Position numbers and translations under genes: made by a program. Below, piece by piece: positions 42,830-52,894 of a stretch of DNA of 64,000 nucleotides. Under the pieces are notes generated by a model. That model saw nothing but the letters and a program-made list of their open reading frames with translations, searched no databases and was not told the origin of the DNA. Within the stretch, counting starts at the first letter, position 1. The number at the start of each line of letters is the position of its first letter. The stretch is from Acidobacteriota bacterium (GTDB lineage: Bacteria; Acidobacteriota; UBA6911): contig OY761556.1 of NCBI GenBank assembly GCA_963664705.1, positions 3,360,001-3,424,000 on the forward strand. Reading direction: 5' to 3'.

Positions 42830-43633
42830 CTAGTGCACTGATACTTTGGCCACATCCTCTTCGGTCTTCAAAAGGACGCCGATGTAAGGGAATCGCTTCT
42901 TCAACTCATCTTCCGTGATCCCGCCGGCAATGATGGCCTGAATCCAGTCGAGAAGCTCGCTGGTGGAGGGACGCTTCTTAAGCTCATGCCGCTGGCGAAT
43001 CAGGTAAAATCTTGCCACGATCTGCGAAATCAGATTATGTCGAAGATTCGGGAAATGGACCTTGGCAATCTTCTCCATCATCGCGGAATCGGGAAACTCG
43101 ATGTAATGAAAAAGGCACCGTCGAAGGAATGCATCCGGCAGCTCTTTTTCACTGTTGCTTGTAATCACGACAATGGGACGATGCTTGGCCTTGTAATGGT
43201 CCGCGGTCTCGACAACGTCGAAACTCATCTGATCCAGCTCAAAAAGCAGATCGTTGGGGAACTCAAGGTCTGCCTTGTCGATTTCGTCGATCAGGAGCAC
43301 CACCTGCTCATCCGCGCGAAGCGCTTCGCCCAGTTTTCCGAATTTGATGTATTGCCTGATATCCGAAACATTCTTGTCATGGAAACGCGAATCGTTCAAT
43401 CGCTGCACCGTATCATACACATATAGGCCTTCAGTGGCCTTTGATGTCGATTTGATATTCCAGCGAATGAGACGCAGTTTCAGATCTTCCGCGATTACCT
43501 GGGCAAGCTGAGTCTTTCCGGTACCGGGTTCTCCTTTCAACAGCAGCGGCCGCTGCAAAACAATCGCCGCATTGACTATTTCTTTCAGTGCATCACTGAG
43601 GATGTATTGATCGGTCCCTTGGAATCTGTTCAT
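42830..43633 (-). CDS. MoxR-family AAA+ ATPase
   Basis: GEPGTGKT, LLIDEIDKAD and ITSNSEKELPDAFLRRC motifs. Confidence 0.93.
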   Translation of the reverse strand: MNRFQGTDQYILSDALKEIVNAAIVLQRPLLLKGEPGTGKTQLAQVIAEDLKLRLIRWNIKSTSKATEGLYVYDTVQRLNDSRFHDKNVSDIRQYIKFGKLGEALRADEQVVLLIDEIDKADLEFPNDLLFELDQMSFDVVETADHYKAKHRPIVVITSNSEKELPDAFLRRCLFHYIEFPDSAMMEKIAKVHFPNLRHNLISQIVARFYLIRQRHELKKRPSTSELLDWIQAIIAGGITEDELKKRFPYIGVLLKTEEDVAKVSVH

Positions 43634-43753
43634 CTGAAACTGACGCCCTCCCTTTCTCTAAATGCAAGCGGGTAGTGTACCACGACCGGCCGGTCTACAT
43701 TGAAGTCACAAAACGCTGAAAATAAACGGGCATTAGAATTCTTTTATACTGGA

Positions 43754-44620
43754 TTAGCTCAGCTTCCGGCTCAGGATGCGCTCTGCAGCAGCGCGATGGG
43801 GGTTATCCAGCAGCTGACCGTCATAAGTGGTCAGCGCCTTCCCCCTGTTCTCGGCCGCATCCAGTTCAAAAATAACTCTCTCAGCCCATGCAATCTCTTC
43901 GGGAGTAACATCGAACACGCGATTGATTATCGGCAGTTGGTTCGGGTGAAGCACACTCTTGCCGCTATATCCCAGACGACGCGCCTGGCAGGATTCCTTT
44001 TCAAGCAGGTCGGCATTGTGAATGTCAAAACATGGAGCGTCGATGGCATCAATCGCTGAAGCCCTGGCCGCCGTAACGATCATCTGCAACGCCAGAAGCA
44101 GCTCTGCGCGATCCGGACCGGGCTGGCAATGGAGATCCGCAACATAATCGGCCGATCCGAAAATCATCGAGGCCATCCGCGGCGAGGAGGCAGCGATTTC
44201 GGCTGCGCGCAACACTCCGGAAGCTGACTCAATCATCGCATGGATCCCTATGCTTCCTTCGAGCATCCCGTGGCTGCGCTCCACCTCGAGCAGTATCTTC
44301 TCTGCCTGCATGATATCGGATGAGCCTTCCACTTTGGGCAGGCAGATCCCGTCCGGACGACAAAGGGCTATAACCATCAGATCCTTCTCGCCAATGGACG
44401 AGTGAAGGCCATTAATTCGGACGACCACTTCGCGCTCTCCATAGTCGATCGTCCGCAGCGCATTTGCAATATTCTCCCTGGCGGCATCTTTCCTCGACGC
44501 GGCAACCCCGTCTTCCAAATTAAGCAGAAGCATATCCGAGGAAATTTCGGTCGCTTTCTGCAGCATCTTTTCACTATCGCCCGGCACATACAGGGCGCTT
44601 CGCCGCAAACCGGTTTTCAT
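43754..44620 (-). CDS. CitE/HpcH family CoA-ester lyase
   Basis: RRS.LYVPG, LEDGV, VRIN, LPKVE, MIES, FG.AD and GK...HP.Q motifs. Confidence 0.9.
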   Translation of the reverse strand: MKTGLRRSALYVPGDSEKMLQKATEISSDMLLLNLEDGVAASRKDAARENIANALRTIDYGEREVVVRINGLHSSIGEKDLMVIALCRPDGICLPKVEGSSDIMQAEKILLEVERSHGMLEGSIGIHAMIESASGVLRAAEIAASSPRMASMIFGSADYVADLHCQPGPDRAELLLALQMIVTAARASAIDAIDAPCFDIHNADLLEKESCQARRLGYSGKSVLHPNQLPIINRVFDVTPEEIAWAERVIFELDAAENRGKALTTYDGQLLDNPHRAAAERILSRKLS

Positions 44621-44812
44621 TCAATCTTCCTCCCGCATTCATATTATCGAAGTAATGATGGCCATCCCAAGTTCATTTTTGCGCCTATCAGCGAGATGGT
44701 ACACATATCAGCAGCGTCTGCCCACGATGCTGATTCCCCGCGGAATGGTTCGACAATTGGAGGAAACGGCTGCGCCCGCATTCAATGCTTTGGGCGCAGG
44801 TCGGAAAGGCTC

Positions 44813-45304
44813 CTAGATTTTGTGAAGCGCGAAGATCAGGTAGAGATGGTAGCAGCACAATAAGGTGTATGCCCAAAGGCAGAGTCGCGCGGCAAATTTG
44901 CCAAGAGTCCATTCCTTGTGAATAAAAATCACAGCCAGCGGGATCACGGTCATCGCGGCTTTGGCTCCATAAAAGGCGGGCAGCCCCCCGTGCTGAATAA
45001 TGGCATCCATGACAGGGTTCAATTCCGTGGCGGTTCCTTTTGTCATATGCAACCCGGTCATCACGGCATCGATGGCCGAGAGAATCAGCACGGCCGTGGT
45101 GATAAGCCAGGTGCGAAAATCATAAATATCGACATAAGCCCCCTGGTCCGTCTTCCTGCGACCTTTGCTGCGCCTTCTGTGGAACGGGCCCGATAATGTG
45201 GCCCAGAGCGAGGCTTGCGCTCTGCGGTCGATACCGCTACGCCTCTCAGGCAGCACTTTTCGCGTCGCTGGATCCAGGTAAAAATTTCGTGCCATTCTAG
45301 TCAA
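44813..45304 (-). CDS. DUF5658-like membrane protein with N-terminal Arg-rich motifs
   Basis: ERRSGIDRR...GRRKTD...YVD, then LS..DA..T...G..E.NP.M and TM helices. Confidence 0.7.
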   Translation of the reverse strand: MTRMARNFYLDPATRKVLPERRSGIDRRAQASLWATLSGPFHRRRSKGRRKTDQGAYVDIYDFRTWLITTAVLILSAIDAVMTGLHMTKGTATELNPVMDAIIQHGGLPAFYGAKAAMTVIPLAVIFIHKEWTLGKFAARLCLWAYTLLCCYHLYLIFALHKI

Positions 45305-45426
45305 CTATTATCGGCCCAAATGCCTTACAGGTTTACCCTCAGGTTCAAGTTCCCCCAAATTTGCAAAACCAATATTGAAGAATTATTTCACTTATTATTT
45401 CCACCTCGCAAATGATGCCGCGTTTT

Positions 45427-46509
45427 CTATCCCCGGGATCCGGTCCTGAATATTTGATTCAGGGCCCATTCGACATGTTCGTGAACCAGCGGGCTCGAAT
45501 CGCTCATCGCTTCCTGCAAAGAAGGTATAGCCTCAACGGCTCCGGAATTCCCCAGTGCAACCGCCACATTCCGGACCAATCCATCGCGGGTTGCCCGCAG
45601 GATTGGGCTTCCGGCAAATTTGCGTGCAAACTCATCTTTGGTAATCCGCAGAAGAGGCACGAGATCAGGCGCGATATTTCCTTTAACCGGTTGGAATTCG
45701 GGTATCTCTGTCCTGACAGCGAACCTGTTCCAGGGGCAGGCCTCCTGGCAGTCATCACATCCATAAATTCGATTCCCGATCAGAGGCCGCAAATGGACAG
45801 GAATCGATCCGCGCAATTCAATGGTCAGATAGGAAATACAACGAGCGGCATCCACAACGTGGGGTGCAACGATAGCACCGGTCGGACAGGCAGTCAGACA
45901 ACGGGAACAGTTCCCGCAATAATCGCCTGCGGGATCATCATATTCCAATTCAATGTTCAGCAGAATCACACCGATGAAGAACCAGGATCCACAGTTACGG
46001 GCAACCAGGTTTGTATGTCGGCCCATCCATCCCACGGAGGTTTGCGATCCCCATACCTTCTCCATAATGGGGCCCGTATCTACATAGCATCGCCCCTCCG
46101 CAGACGGCTGAATATCGTGGATATGCTTCAGCAGGAGTTCCAGGCGGCCGCGGATGACTGTGTGGTAATCACCTCCCAGAGCATACTGGCTGATTTTCCC
46201 CTTTAGCGGATCCTTGACGGGGACATTCCCTGAAAAGTAATTCATGGCCACCACGATCATTGATCGGGCATTGGCCATCACCAGGCCGGGATCCATGCGT
46301 TTTGCGGCCTGTCTTTCCATGTAGCGCATCTCTCCATGGAATCCGCGCATCAGCCAGTCGGCGAGATGGTCTGGATCGGGAAGAGTGCGGACGGCCGTAA
46401 TTCCTGTTTTGAAAAAGCCCAGGCGGCCGGCCTTATCGCGAATTCGAGCGCTCAACTCCGAAGCGCTATGAGGCAATGACTGGTTTTCGGATAAAGGATC
46501 CGGTGTCAT
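45427..46509 (-). CDS. queG: Epoxyqueuosine reductase
   Basis: YA.G.DYH, VDTGP..E, CG.C..C..ACPT, RCISYLTIE and YGCD.CQ..CPWN motifs; HEAT tail. Confidence 0.95.
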   Translation of the reverse strand: MTPDPLSENQSLPHSASELSARIRDKAGRLGFFKTGITAVRTLPDPDHLADWLMRGFHGEMRYMERQAAKRMDPGLVMANARSMIVVAMNYFSGNVPVKDPLKGKISQYALGGDYHTVIRGRLELLLKHIHDIQPSAEGRCYVDTGPIMEKVWGSQTSVGWMGRHTNLVARNCGSWFFIGVILLNIELEYDDPAGDYCGNCSRCLTACPTGAIVAPHVVDAARCISYLTIELRGSIPVHLRPLIGNRIYGCDDCQEACPWNRFAVRTEIPEFQPVKGNIAPDLVPLLRITKDEFARKFAGSPILRATRDGLVRNVAVALGNSGAVEAIPSLQEAMSDSSPLVHEHVEWALNQIFRTGSRG

Positions 46510-47495
46510 TTTTTAAATGTCTGAGACAGAAAAGGCAGCGTCTCATCGAGGTGGGCGGCGATGAGCGCCCATCCGTGCGGCTCTCCAGGATGCACTTTGA
46601 AGATATGAGCTGTTTTGGATTCGGTCAGAATTCGATCCAGGGCCTTTGCGCCCTCATCCAGGTGGGTCATAGGAATGTAGCGATCATCCGTCCCGTAATC
46701 GAAATAAATCTTCAACCCATCCAGTTTGTGAGTCTTTGCCAGGATCAGCGGATTATTGGCGTCCCAAGCATCCTGCCGAATAGGGTCTCCGAAAATCGGC
46801 GTCATCATGTTGACGAAGAACGAATAGAATCTGGAAGCTTTAACCTCCTCAGAAACCGCCAGCGGGTTGGCTCCAGGAAAAAGAATGGGGGACTGCCCGA
46901 CGACGGCGGAATAACGGTCAGGATATTTCATGGCTATCTTCAACGCGCCGTAGCCACCCATCGAGGTCCCGGCAATAGCTCTGTTCTCGCGCCCTCTGGC
47001 CGCCCGGTAATTCGTCTCCATGAAAGCAATGAATTCCTGCGCAATGAGATCCTCGTATCGACGGGTTCCATCAAGGTAATTGCAGTAGAAACTGCTGTCG
47101 CCCCGCGGATGCACCATGATGAATTCCGGAATTTTTCCCGAAAGCATCATCTGTTCGAGCGTGCTCTGCACATGCCCGTAACGCTCCACGGTCCAGCTTG
47201 TTTCATCATTGTTGAGGCCGTGAAGAAAATAAACAACCGGGAACGTGCGGGACGAATCCTTTGAAAAGGATGGAGGAAGGAAGATGCTGTAGGCTTCGGT
47301 CTGGCCAATGGATTTGGATTCAACAGACTTGAATTCCACCGTGGATCCGCCGGGAAGCGTAATGGTGCTTCGATCCGTCCGGCGGCGCTCATCGCCAAAT
47401 TGCGCCCACGCCATCTGTAGCACGATTGATAGCAGGATTGCGGCTGCAAGCAGAGCCACAGCGTTACCGGACCGCAGATGTCGATACAGGGCCAT
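46506..47495 (-). CDS. Secreted esterase (putative esterase, alpha/beta hydrolase)
   Basis: Signal peptide, PVVYFLHG, GTSMGG, D.GTDD and HGW motifs. Confidence 0.85.
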   Translation of the reverse strand: MALYRHLRSGNAVALLAAAILLSIVLQMAWAQFGDERRRTDRSTITLPGGSTVEFKSVESKSIGQTEAYSIFLPPSFSKDSSRTFPVVYFLHGLNNDETSWTVERYGHVQSTLEQMMLSGKIPEFIMVHPRGDSSFYCNYLDGTRRYEDLIAQEFIAFMETNYRAARGRENRAIAGTSMGGYGALKIAMKYPDRYSAVVGQSPILFPGANPLAVSEEVKASRFYSFFVNMMTPIFGDPIRQDAWDANNPLILAKTHKLDGLKIYFDYGTDDRYIPMTHLDEGAKALDRILTESKTAHIFKVHPGEPHGWALIAAHLDETLPFLSQTFKK

Positions 47496-47639
47496 TCCAT
47501 CCTCCGCCGCTTACCGCTAGGGGTGAATTGTTTTCCGAGATGCCAAAGCCGGTCCAAACTTTTGGGTAAATTGAAGAGCCACAGTTTCGGTTATGCAAAA
47601 CACCGGCGCGCTTTTGCGCTCGAAATAATGCATCAATCT

Positions 47640-47957
47640 TCAAGATACCGCCTCAAGGTCGATCTCGATCCGGATAGTTCCGTTAGGATCTGCCATTTTA
47701 AGGTGGCGCAACATTCCCCGAACCGTATCAAGAATAATGATGCGAGAAAACCCATTACTCAGGTTTAGCGGCACGGCAGCCTGATTGACCACGATATGGA
47801 CGTTTTCCCCATCAATATCGTAGCTCAGATCCCGGATCGGTTCCGGAAGCTTAAGGGATGCAGCCATCCCAGTGCAGACATTGGCCACAAACCTGCCAAT
47901 AAAGGGGGTTAAATGTGCTTCGATCTGATTGCTGAATAAACGAATTCGCATAAACAT
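47640..47957 (-). CDS. Hypothetical protein made of two tandem ~50-aa repeats
   Basis: The two halves align: L.SN....LTPF......VC.GM..SLK versus I.VN....LN..F.....TV.GM..HLK. Confidence 0.65.
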   Translation of the reverse strand: MFMRIRLFSNQIEAHLTPFIGRFVANVCTGMAASLKLPEPIRDLSYDIDGENVHIVVNQAAVPLNLSNGFSRIIILDTVRGMLRHLKMADPNGTIRIEIDLEAVS

Positions 47958-48167
47958 GAATACTATCACATGTTTGGCCGATACAATCCCTGCGGACGAC
48001 ACAAATCGGCCCGTTTGGCATACGAAATGACGCAGAGGATTCCCAACGTGGATGCGCAATCCTGAGACGAGCCTCTGGATTGCTTTGAATTGCCCTCGCA
48101 GACCTTCTCTGATAGGATGCTGCGCGGCCTCAGCGGAACCGGATACAGAATGGAGCGGTGACAAACC

Positions 48168-49130
48168 ATGGAAAAGATGGCGGTAACAGGCGGGGCGGGT
48201 TTTATTGGATCCAACCTTTCAGAGCACCTTTTGGGCATGGGTTTCTCTGTCATCATCGTGGATAACCTGAGCACGGGGAGAAAACAAAACCTTGTTCAGA
48301 TATCCGAAAAGGCAGGAGACCGCCTGAAGTTCCTGCAGATGGATATCAATGAAACGAAGGCGCTGAGGGAAGCTTTCTCCGGTGTTTCCTTTGTATTCCA
48401 TCTCGCGGCTATTCCTTCGGTCGCCCGGTCGATTGATGATCCCGTCGCGACGCAGTTTGCCAATATCAATGGAACCATGTCCGTGCTGATGGCTGCCCGG
48501 GAAGCCGGAGTAAAAAGGGTTATAGCGGCCTCCTCTTCTTCGGTCTATGGAGATGAACCGAATCTCCCCAAAAAAGAGGAACGCATTGGGCGATGCCTTT
48601 CCCCCTATGCGCTCAGCAAGTTTGTTGCAGAAGACTATTGTCGGCTCTTCTTCCGCCTATATGGACTGGAAACGGTAGCATTGCGTTACTTCAATGTTTT
48701 CGGCCCGAGACAGGATCCCAAATCCGAATATGCAGCGGTTATCCCGCGATTCAGCACCTGCATGCTGGCTGGGAAACGGCCTACCATTTATGGGGATGGT
48801 GAGCAGACAAGGGACTTCACGTTTGTTACCAATGTGGTGGATGCAAACTGGAGAGCGGCAACGAGCTCGGATGTGGCAGGACAGGCCTTCAACATTGGTT
48901 GTGGAACTCGGACGAGCCTGAACCAGCTGATAGAAAAGCTGAACGGCATACTCGACAGCCAAATCACACCGAATTACGAAGCCGCCCGAAAAGGCGATGT
49001 ACGGGACTCTGTGGCCGATATCAGCAAAGCCCAATCTATGCTGGGATACACCCCGGCCACCACGCTGGAAGCCGGCCTGCGTCGCGTTGTAGAGTGGTAC
49101 CGCAGCGGTCCCGAAGCTGTGCAGCAGTAG
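48168..49130 (+). CDS. NAD-dependent nucleotide-sugar epimerase (WbpP-like SDR)
   Basis: TGGAGFIGS, SSSSVYG, YALSK, RYFNVFGPRQ and GDGEQTRDF motifs. Confidence 0.92.
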   Translation: MEKMAVTGGAGFIGSNLSEHLLGMGFSVIIVDNLSTGRKQNLVQISEKAGDRLKFLQMDINETKALREAFSGVSFVFHLAAIPSVARSIDDPVATQFANINGTMSVLMAAREAGVKRVIAASSSSVYGDEPNLPKKEERIGRCLSPYALSKFVAEDYCRLFFRLYGLETVALRYFNVFGPRQDPKSEYAAVIPRFSTCMLAGKRPTIYGDGEQTRDFTFVTNVVDANWRAATSSDVAGQAFNIGCGTRTSLNQLIEKLNGILDSQITPNYEAARKGDVRDSVADISKAQSMLGYTPATTLEAGLRRVVEWYRSGPEAVQQ

Positions 49131-49210
49131 GCAAACAACCTCTGCTCGATTGACTATTTTTGACGGCTCTCCTCACAAGACTGTCCAGAGTCGGCTGAAA
49201 GCATGGGATC

Positions 49211-50302
49211 ATGTTCTCATTTCTTTTTGTTGATACGGAGCGTGTCTGGCGAGGAGGGCAGGGTCAGCTCTTTACTCTGCTGGAAGGATTGCACGAAAAA
49301 GGCCACACGGTTCACCTGGTATGCCATCCCAACACATTGCTGGAAACCAGAGCCCGGGAAATGAGGCTGTCTGTCCATCCTGCGGCAATCCGGAATGAAT
49401 TCGGTCTAATTTCCTTTTTCCGCCTGCTTGGTATTTTAAAGCAGGTCCATCCCGACGTTCTTGCCTTTAATACGCCACGGGCCATGCTGCTTGGAACTTT
49501 GGCATCCCAGCTTGTCCCAACCCGTGCAAAGATTGTTTTCCGCAGGGTCAACTTCCCGTTACACAGAAATTTCTTCACTCGTTTTAAATATACCTGGGGG
49601 ATCGACTCTGTGGTGGCGATATCCGAATCGATTCGCCTGCAACTCCAGGTCTGCGGCATCCCGGCTTCGAAAATCCGTACCATTTATGAGGGAATCGATT
49701 TATCGCTCTATCCCCGACGAACTCGAGAACTCAAACGTTCGCAGGATGTCCCGGTGGTTGTCGGTACCGTGGCTCATTTGAGCCCGGAGAAGGGACTGCA
49801 ATACCTGATCGAGGCCGCAAGTTTGATCCCGGATGTAAAAAAACGCGTCCGGTTTGTAATTGTAGGGGATGGCGTCTGTCGTGAGGAGCTTTGCCGGTAC
49901 GCGGAGGAACGTGGATTGGCAGACATATTCGAGTTCGCGGGTTTTCATGCCAGTACCTCCCAATTTGTAGAATCGTTTGATATATTTGCTCTTCCAAGCC
50001 TTTCCGAAGGTTTGTCTTCCGCGATACTGGAAGCAATGGCATCATCTTTGCCGATTGTAGCCACCCGCGTGGGAGGCATCCCGGAACTGGTTCAAGAGGG
50101 CCACAATGGTTTGCTTGTTGCCCCTGGCAATCCCATAGCGCTTGCCGGTGCGATCCAGCGTCTGGTGGAAAATCCGGAAGAGGCCAGAAGAATGGGTGAG
50201 CTTGGGAGGGACCGGATGGAGCAGCAGTTCACGATCGAGCGCAAAATTTCCGAGACCGAGAAGCTCTGCAGTTCTCTCCTCCAAAAATCGGCAGTTTCCT
50301 AG
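49211..50302 (+). CDS. Glycosyltransferase family 4
   Basis: WRGG..Q, KG..YLI, PS..EGL...ILEA.A and GG.PE motifs. Confidence 0.9.
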   Translation: MFSFLFVDTERVWRGGQGQLFTLLEGLHEKGHTVHLVCHPNTLLETRAREMRLSVHPAAIRNEFGLISFFRLLGILKQVHPDVLAFNTPRAMLLGTLASQLVPTRAKIVFRRVNFPLHRNFFTRFKYTWGIDSVVAISESIRLQLQVCGIPASKIRTIYEGIDLSLYPRRTRELKRSQDVPVVVGTVAHLSPEKGLQYLIEAASLIPDVKKRVRFVIVGDGVCREELCRYAEERGLADIFEFAGFHASTSQFVESFDIFALPSLSEGLSSAILEAMASSLPIVATRVGGIPELVQEGHNGLLVAPGNPIALAGAIQRLVENPEEARRMGELGRDRMEQQFTIERKISETEKLCSSLLQKSAVS

Positions 50303-50312
50303 CGGTCTACCT

Positions 50313-51656
50313 ATGCTCAACAGCCAGACAATTGGAAAGTTGCTTCCGCCTTCTCTGCAGAATAGATCCGAACGGGTCGCCTTCCTTGCCCTGGCAGGCA
50401 GCATCTCGCTCGTCCTTGTTTCAATCGCCGCATCTCAGGCTTTGCTCGCCGTCGCCATCCTGGGATTCATCTGGGTCCTCAAAAAATACAAAGGCACAAT
50501 ACCTCCCGGAATGCAGATTCTGGCGCCGCTGATCACTTTCATGATCTGGACGCTGATCACCATTCTGGCGTCCAACAACGTCACGCTCGGAATGCAGGGA
50601 GCCAAGAAGTTTTTTCTATTTCTACTGGTACCGATTGTTCCGCTTCTGATGCGCGGACGCGGCCGAACGGATTGGGTCTATAAAGCCATCTTCTTTGTTG
50701 CGGTCGTTTCCTCCCTGAAGGGTCTTGCACAGTTCGCAGCCAATCCGGATAGAGATTTGCTCCATCGAATCTCAGGGTTCATGAGTCAGTGGATGACCTA
50801 CTCCGGGCTGCTCATGCTGGTATTGGTGCTTCTGACGGCGTATGCATTCTGCAACGGCATACAAAGACATCTATGGGTGATCCCGGCCGGCGTGTTTATA
50901 GTCCTTGCGCTCCTTCTTTCACTGACTCGGAACTCCTGGATGGGCGCCATAGCCGGCATAGTCGTCCTGGTCCTGTTAAGGCGTCCACGCGCATTTGTCT
51001 TTTTGCTTGCCTCTATTCTGATCTTGTATGCCTTGGCTCCCGGTCAGGTCAAACAAAGGATCCAATCGATCGTCGATACAAGCGATCCACGCTCTCATGT
51101 ATACATGACAGCGCTGCATATGATCCAAGACCATCCATGGCTTGGAGTCGGCCCAAAAAATGTCAGCGTTGAAGCGCTGAAATACCGAGATGTCGAGCAT
51201 TTCCCGGATTGGCTGAAGCGGGTTCTCGGTCTGATTTCGACACCATCAAAATACCAGGAAGAAGAAAAGGAGTACCCGGGCTGGCTATACCAGCACATGC
51301 ACAACAACTTTTTGCAGATTGCGGCTGAGACCGGCCTCCCTGGCCTGGCAATCTGGCTCTGGTTCATGTGCAGGCTCGCCTGGGATGCGTGGGGATGCTA
51401 TCGATTTGCAAAAAGCGTTCAGTTCCCAGGCGATGACAGCCTTCGCAGAGAAGCGCTGACAGCCTCCACGGCTGCACTCGCCGCCTCAGCGGCACTCCTG
51501 GTCGCAGGAATGTTTGAATATAATTTCGGAGACTCGGAAGTTCTCACACTGTTCCTTTTCATTATGAGCGTGCCTTACGCATTTGCGGTTTCAGAGACGG
51601 ATTTACAGCGAGCCGGATCGAATGGAGCGATTTCGACCGGCCCGGCAGAGCTCTAA
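50313..51656 (+). CDS. O-antigen ligase (WaaL/Wzy_C) family protein
   Basis: Multiple TM segments, TR..W, HP.LGVG and HMHNNFLQ...E.G motifs. Confidence 0.88.
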   Translation: MLNSQTIGKLLPPSLQNRSERVAFLALAGSISLVLVSIAASQALLAVAILGFIWVLKKYKGTIPPGMQILAPLITFMIWTLITILASNNVTLGMQGAKKFFLFLLVPIVPLLMRGRGRTDWVYKAIFFVAVVSSLKGLAQFAANPDRDLLHRISGFMSQWMTYSGLLMLVLVLLTAYAFCNGIQRHLWVIPAGVFIVLALLLSLTRNSWMGAIAGIVVLVLLRRPRAFVFLLASILILYALAPGQVKQRIQSIVDTSDPRSHVYMTALHMIQDHPWLGVGPKNVSVEALKYRDVEHFPDWLKRVLGLISTPSKYQEEEKEYPGWLYQHMHNNFLQIAAETGLPGLAIWLWFMCRLAWDAWGCYRFAKSVQFPGDDSLRREALTASTAALAASAALLVAGMFEYNFGDSEVLTLFLFIMSVPYAFAVSETDLQRAGSNGAISTGPAEL

Positions 51657-51677
51657 CCCGGAAATATACGGTTTCCA

Positions 51678-52775
51678 TTGAAGATAGCAATTCTCGGCAC
51701 ACGCGGGATTCCTGCAAACTATGGCGGATTTGAAACCTTTGCAGAGGAATGCGCAGCGGGGCTCGTGGCCAGGGGCCACGAAGTTACGGTTTACGGTCGA
51801 TCCCATTACGTGCCCGGAACCGTAAAGTCGCATCGCGGCGCCACGGTCATCGTTCTGCCAACGCTGCAAATGAAGTATACCGATACGGTTGTTCACACCT
51901 TTCTGTCGGTTCTTCATTCGCTTTTTCGGAATTATGACCTTATTCTGATCTGCAATGCCGCAAACAGCATTTTTGCGTGGATTCCACGCATTTTCGGCAC
52001 TCCCGTGGCCGTCAACGTGGACGGAATCGAACGGATGCGTCGAAAATGGAACTGGCTCGGCCGCGCCTACTACCGGATATCGGAGTATCTCTCCACCTGC
52101 TTTCCCAGTGAGATCATAACGGATGCCAGGGTGATCGAACGTTATTACAGGGAACAATACAAAACCGAATCTGTTTTTATCCCGTATGGAGCAAGAACCG
52201 CCAGAATTGCGGGTCAGGCAACCCTGGATCGGCTCGGACTGAGCCCGGGAGATTATTTTCTGTACGTTAGCCGCTTTGAACCGGAAAACAATCCTCTTCT
52301 TGTCGTCAAAGCATTCGAAAAGATCCGGACACAACGGAAGCTGGTGATGGTTGGAGATGCGCCCTACTCCGCCCAATACATTCAAAAAGTGAGGGAAACC
52401 CAAGACCCGCGGATCCTGTTCCCGGGGACTGTATATGGGGAAGGCTATTGGGAATTGCAGGCCAATGCCTTCTGCTACATTCACGCAACCGAGGTCGGCG
52501 GCACCCACCCGGCCCTCATCGAGGCTATGGGCCAGGGAAATCTCATCATTGCCAACAACACTCCGGAAAATTCCGAGACTCTCGGCGGATGCGGGATTCT
52601 GTACGACAGAAACGACGTGGAATCCCTTAGTCAATGCCTCCAGTCGGTCGCCGATAACCCCAGCGAACACAAGGAATTGAAAAAAGCAGCGCTGGATCGG
52701 ATCCATTCGGTATATTCCTGGGATGCGGTGATTGATCAATACGAGCGGCTGTTCTTAAGAATGGTAAAAAAATAG
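51678..52775 (+). CDS. Glycosyltransferase family 4 (DUF1972/RgpA-like)
   Basis: GTRGIPANYGGFETF, NVDG.E..R.KW, R.EPENN and EVGGTHP.L.EA motifs. Confidence 0.9.
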   Translation: MKIAILGTRGIPANYGGFETFAEECAAGLVARGHEVTVYGRSHYVPGTVKSHRGATVIVLPTLQMKYTDTVVHTFLSVLHSLFRNYDLILICNAANSIFAWIPRIFGTPVAVNVDGIERMRRKWNWLGRAYYRISEYLSTCFPSEIITDARVIERYYREQYKTESVFIPYGARTARIAGQATLDRLGLSPGDYFLYVSRFEPENNPLLVVKAFEKIRTQRKLVMVGDAPYSAQYIQKVRETQDPRILFPGTVYGEGYWELQANAFCYIHATEVGGTHPALIEAMGQGNLIIANNTPENSETLGGCGILYDRNDVESLSQCLQSVADNPSEHKELKKAALDRIHSVYSWDAVIDQYERLFLRMVKK

Positions 52776-52894
52776 TCTCCCGGCTCCGGTCGCCTCTCCC
52801 CTGACTTCTGGCTTCTTCAAAAGACCATCCCGGTTTATAATTCGCGGCTTGCACGAGGCACTATATGCAATCAGACGGGAGAACGCTCCCTTTC

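Noticed and set aside
51603-52739. 378-aa minus-strand ORF
   Set aside because: Antisense shadow of the GT4 gene.
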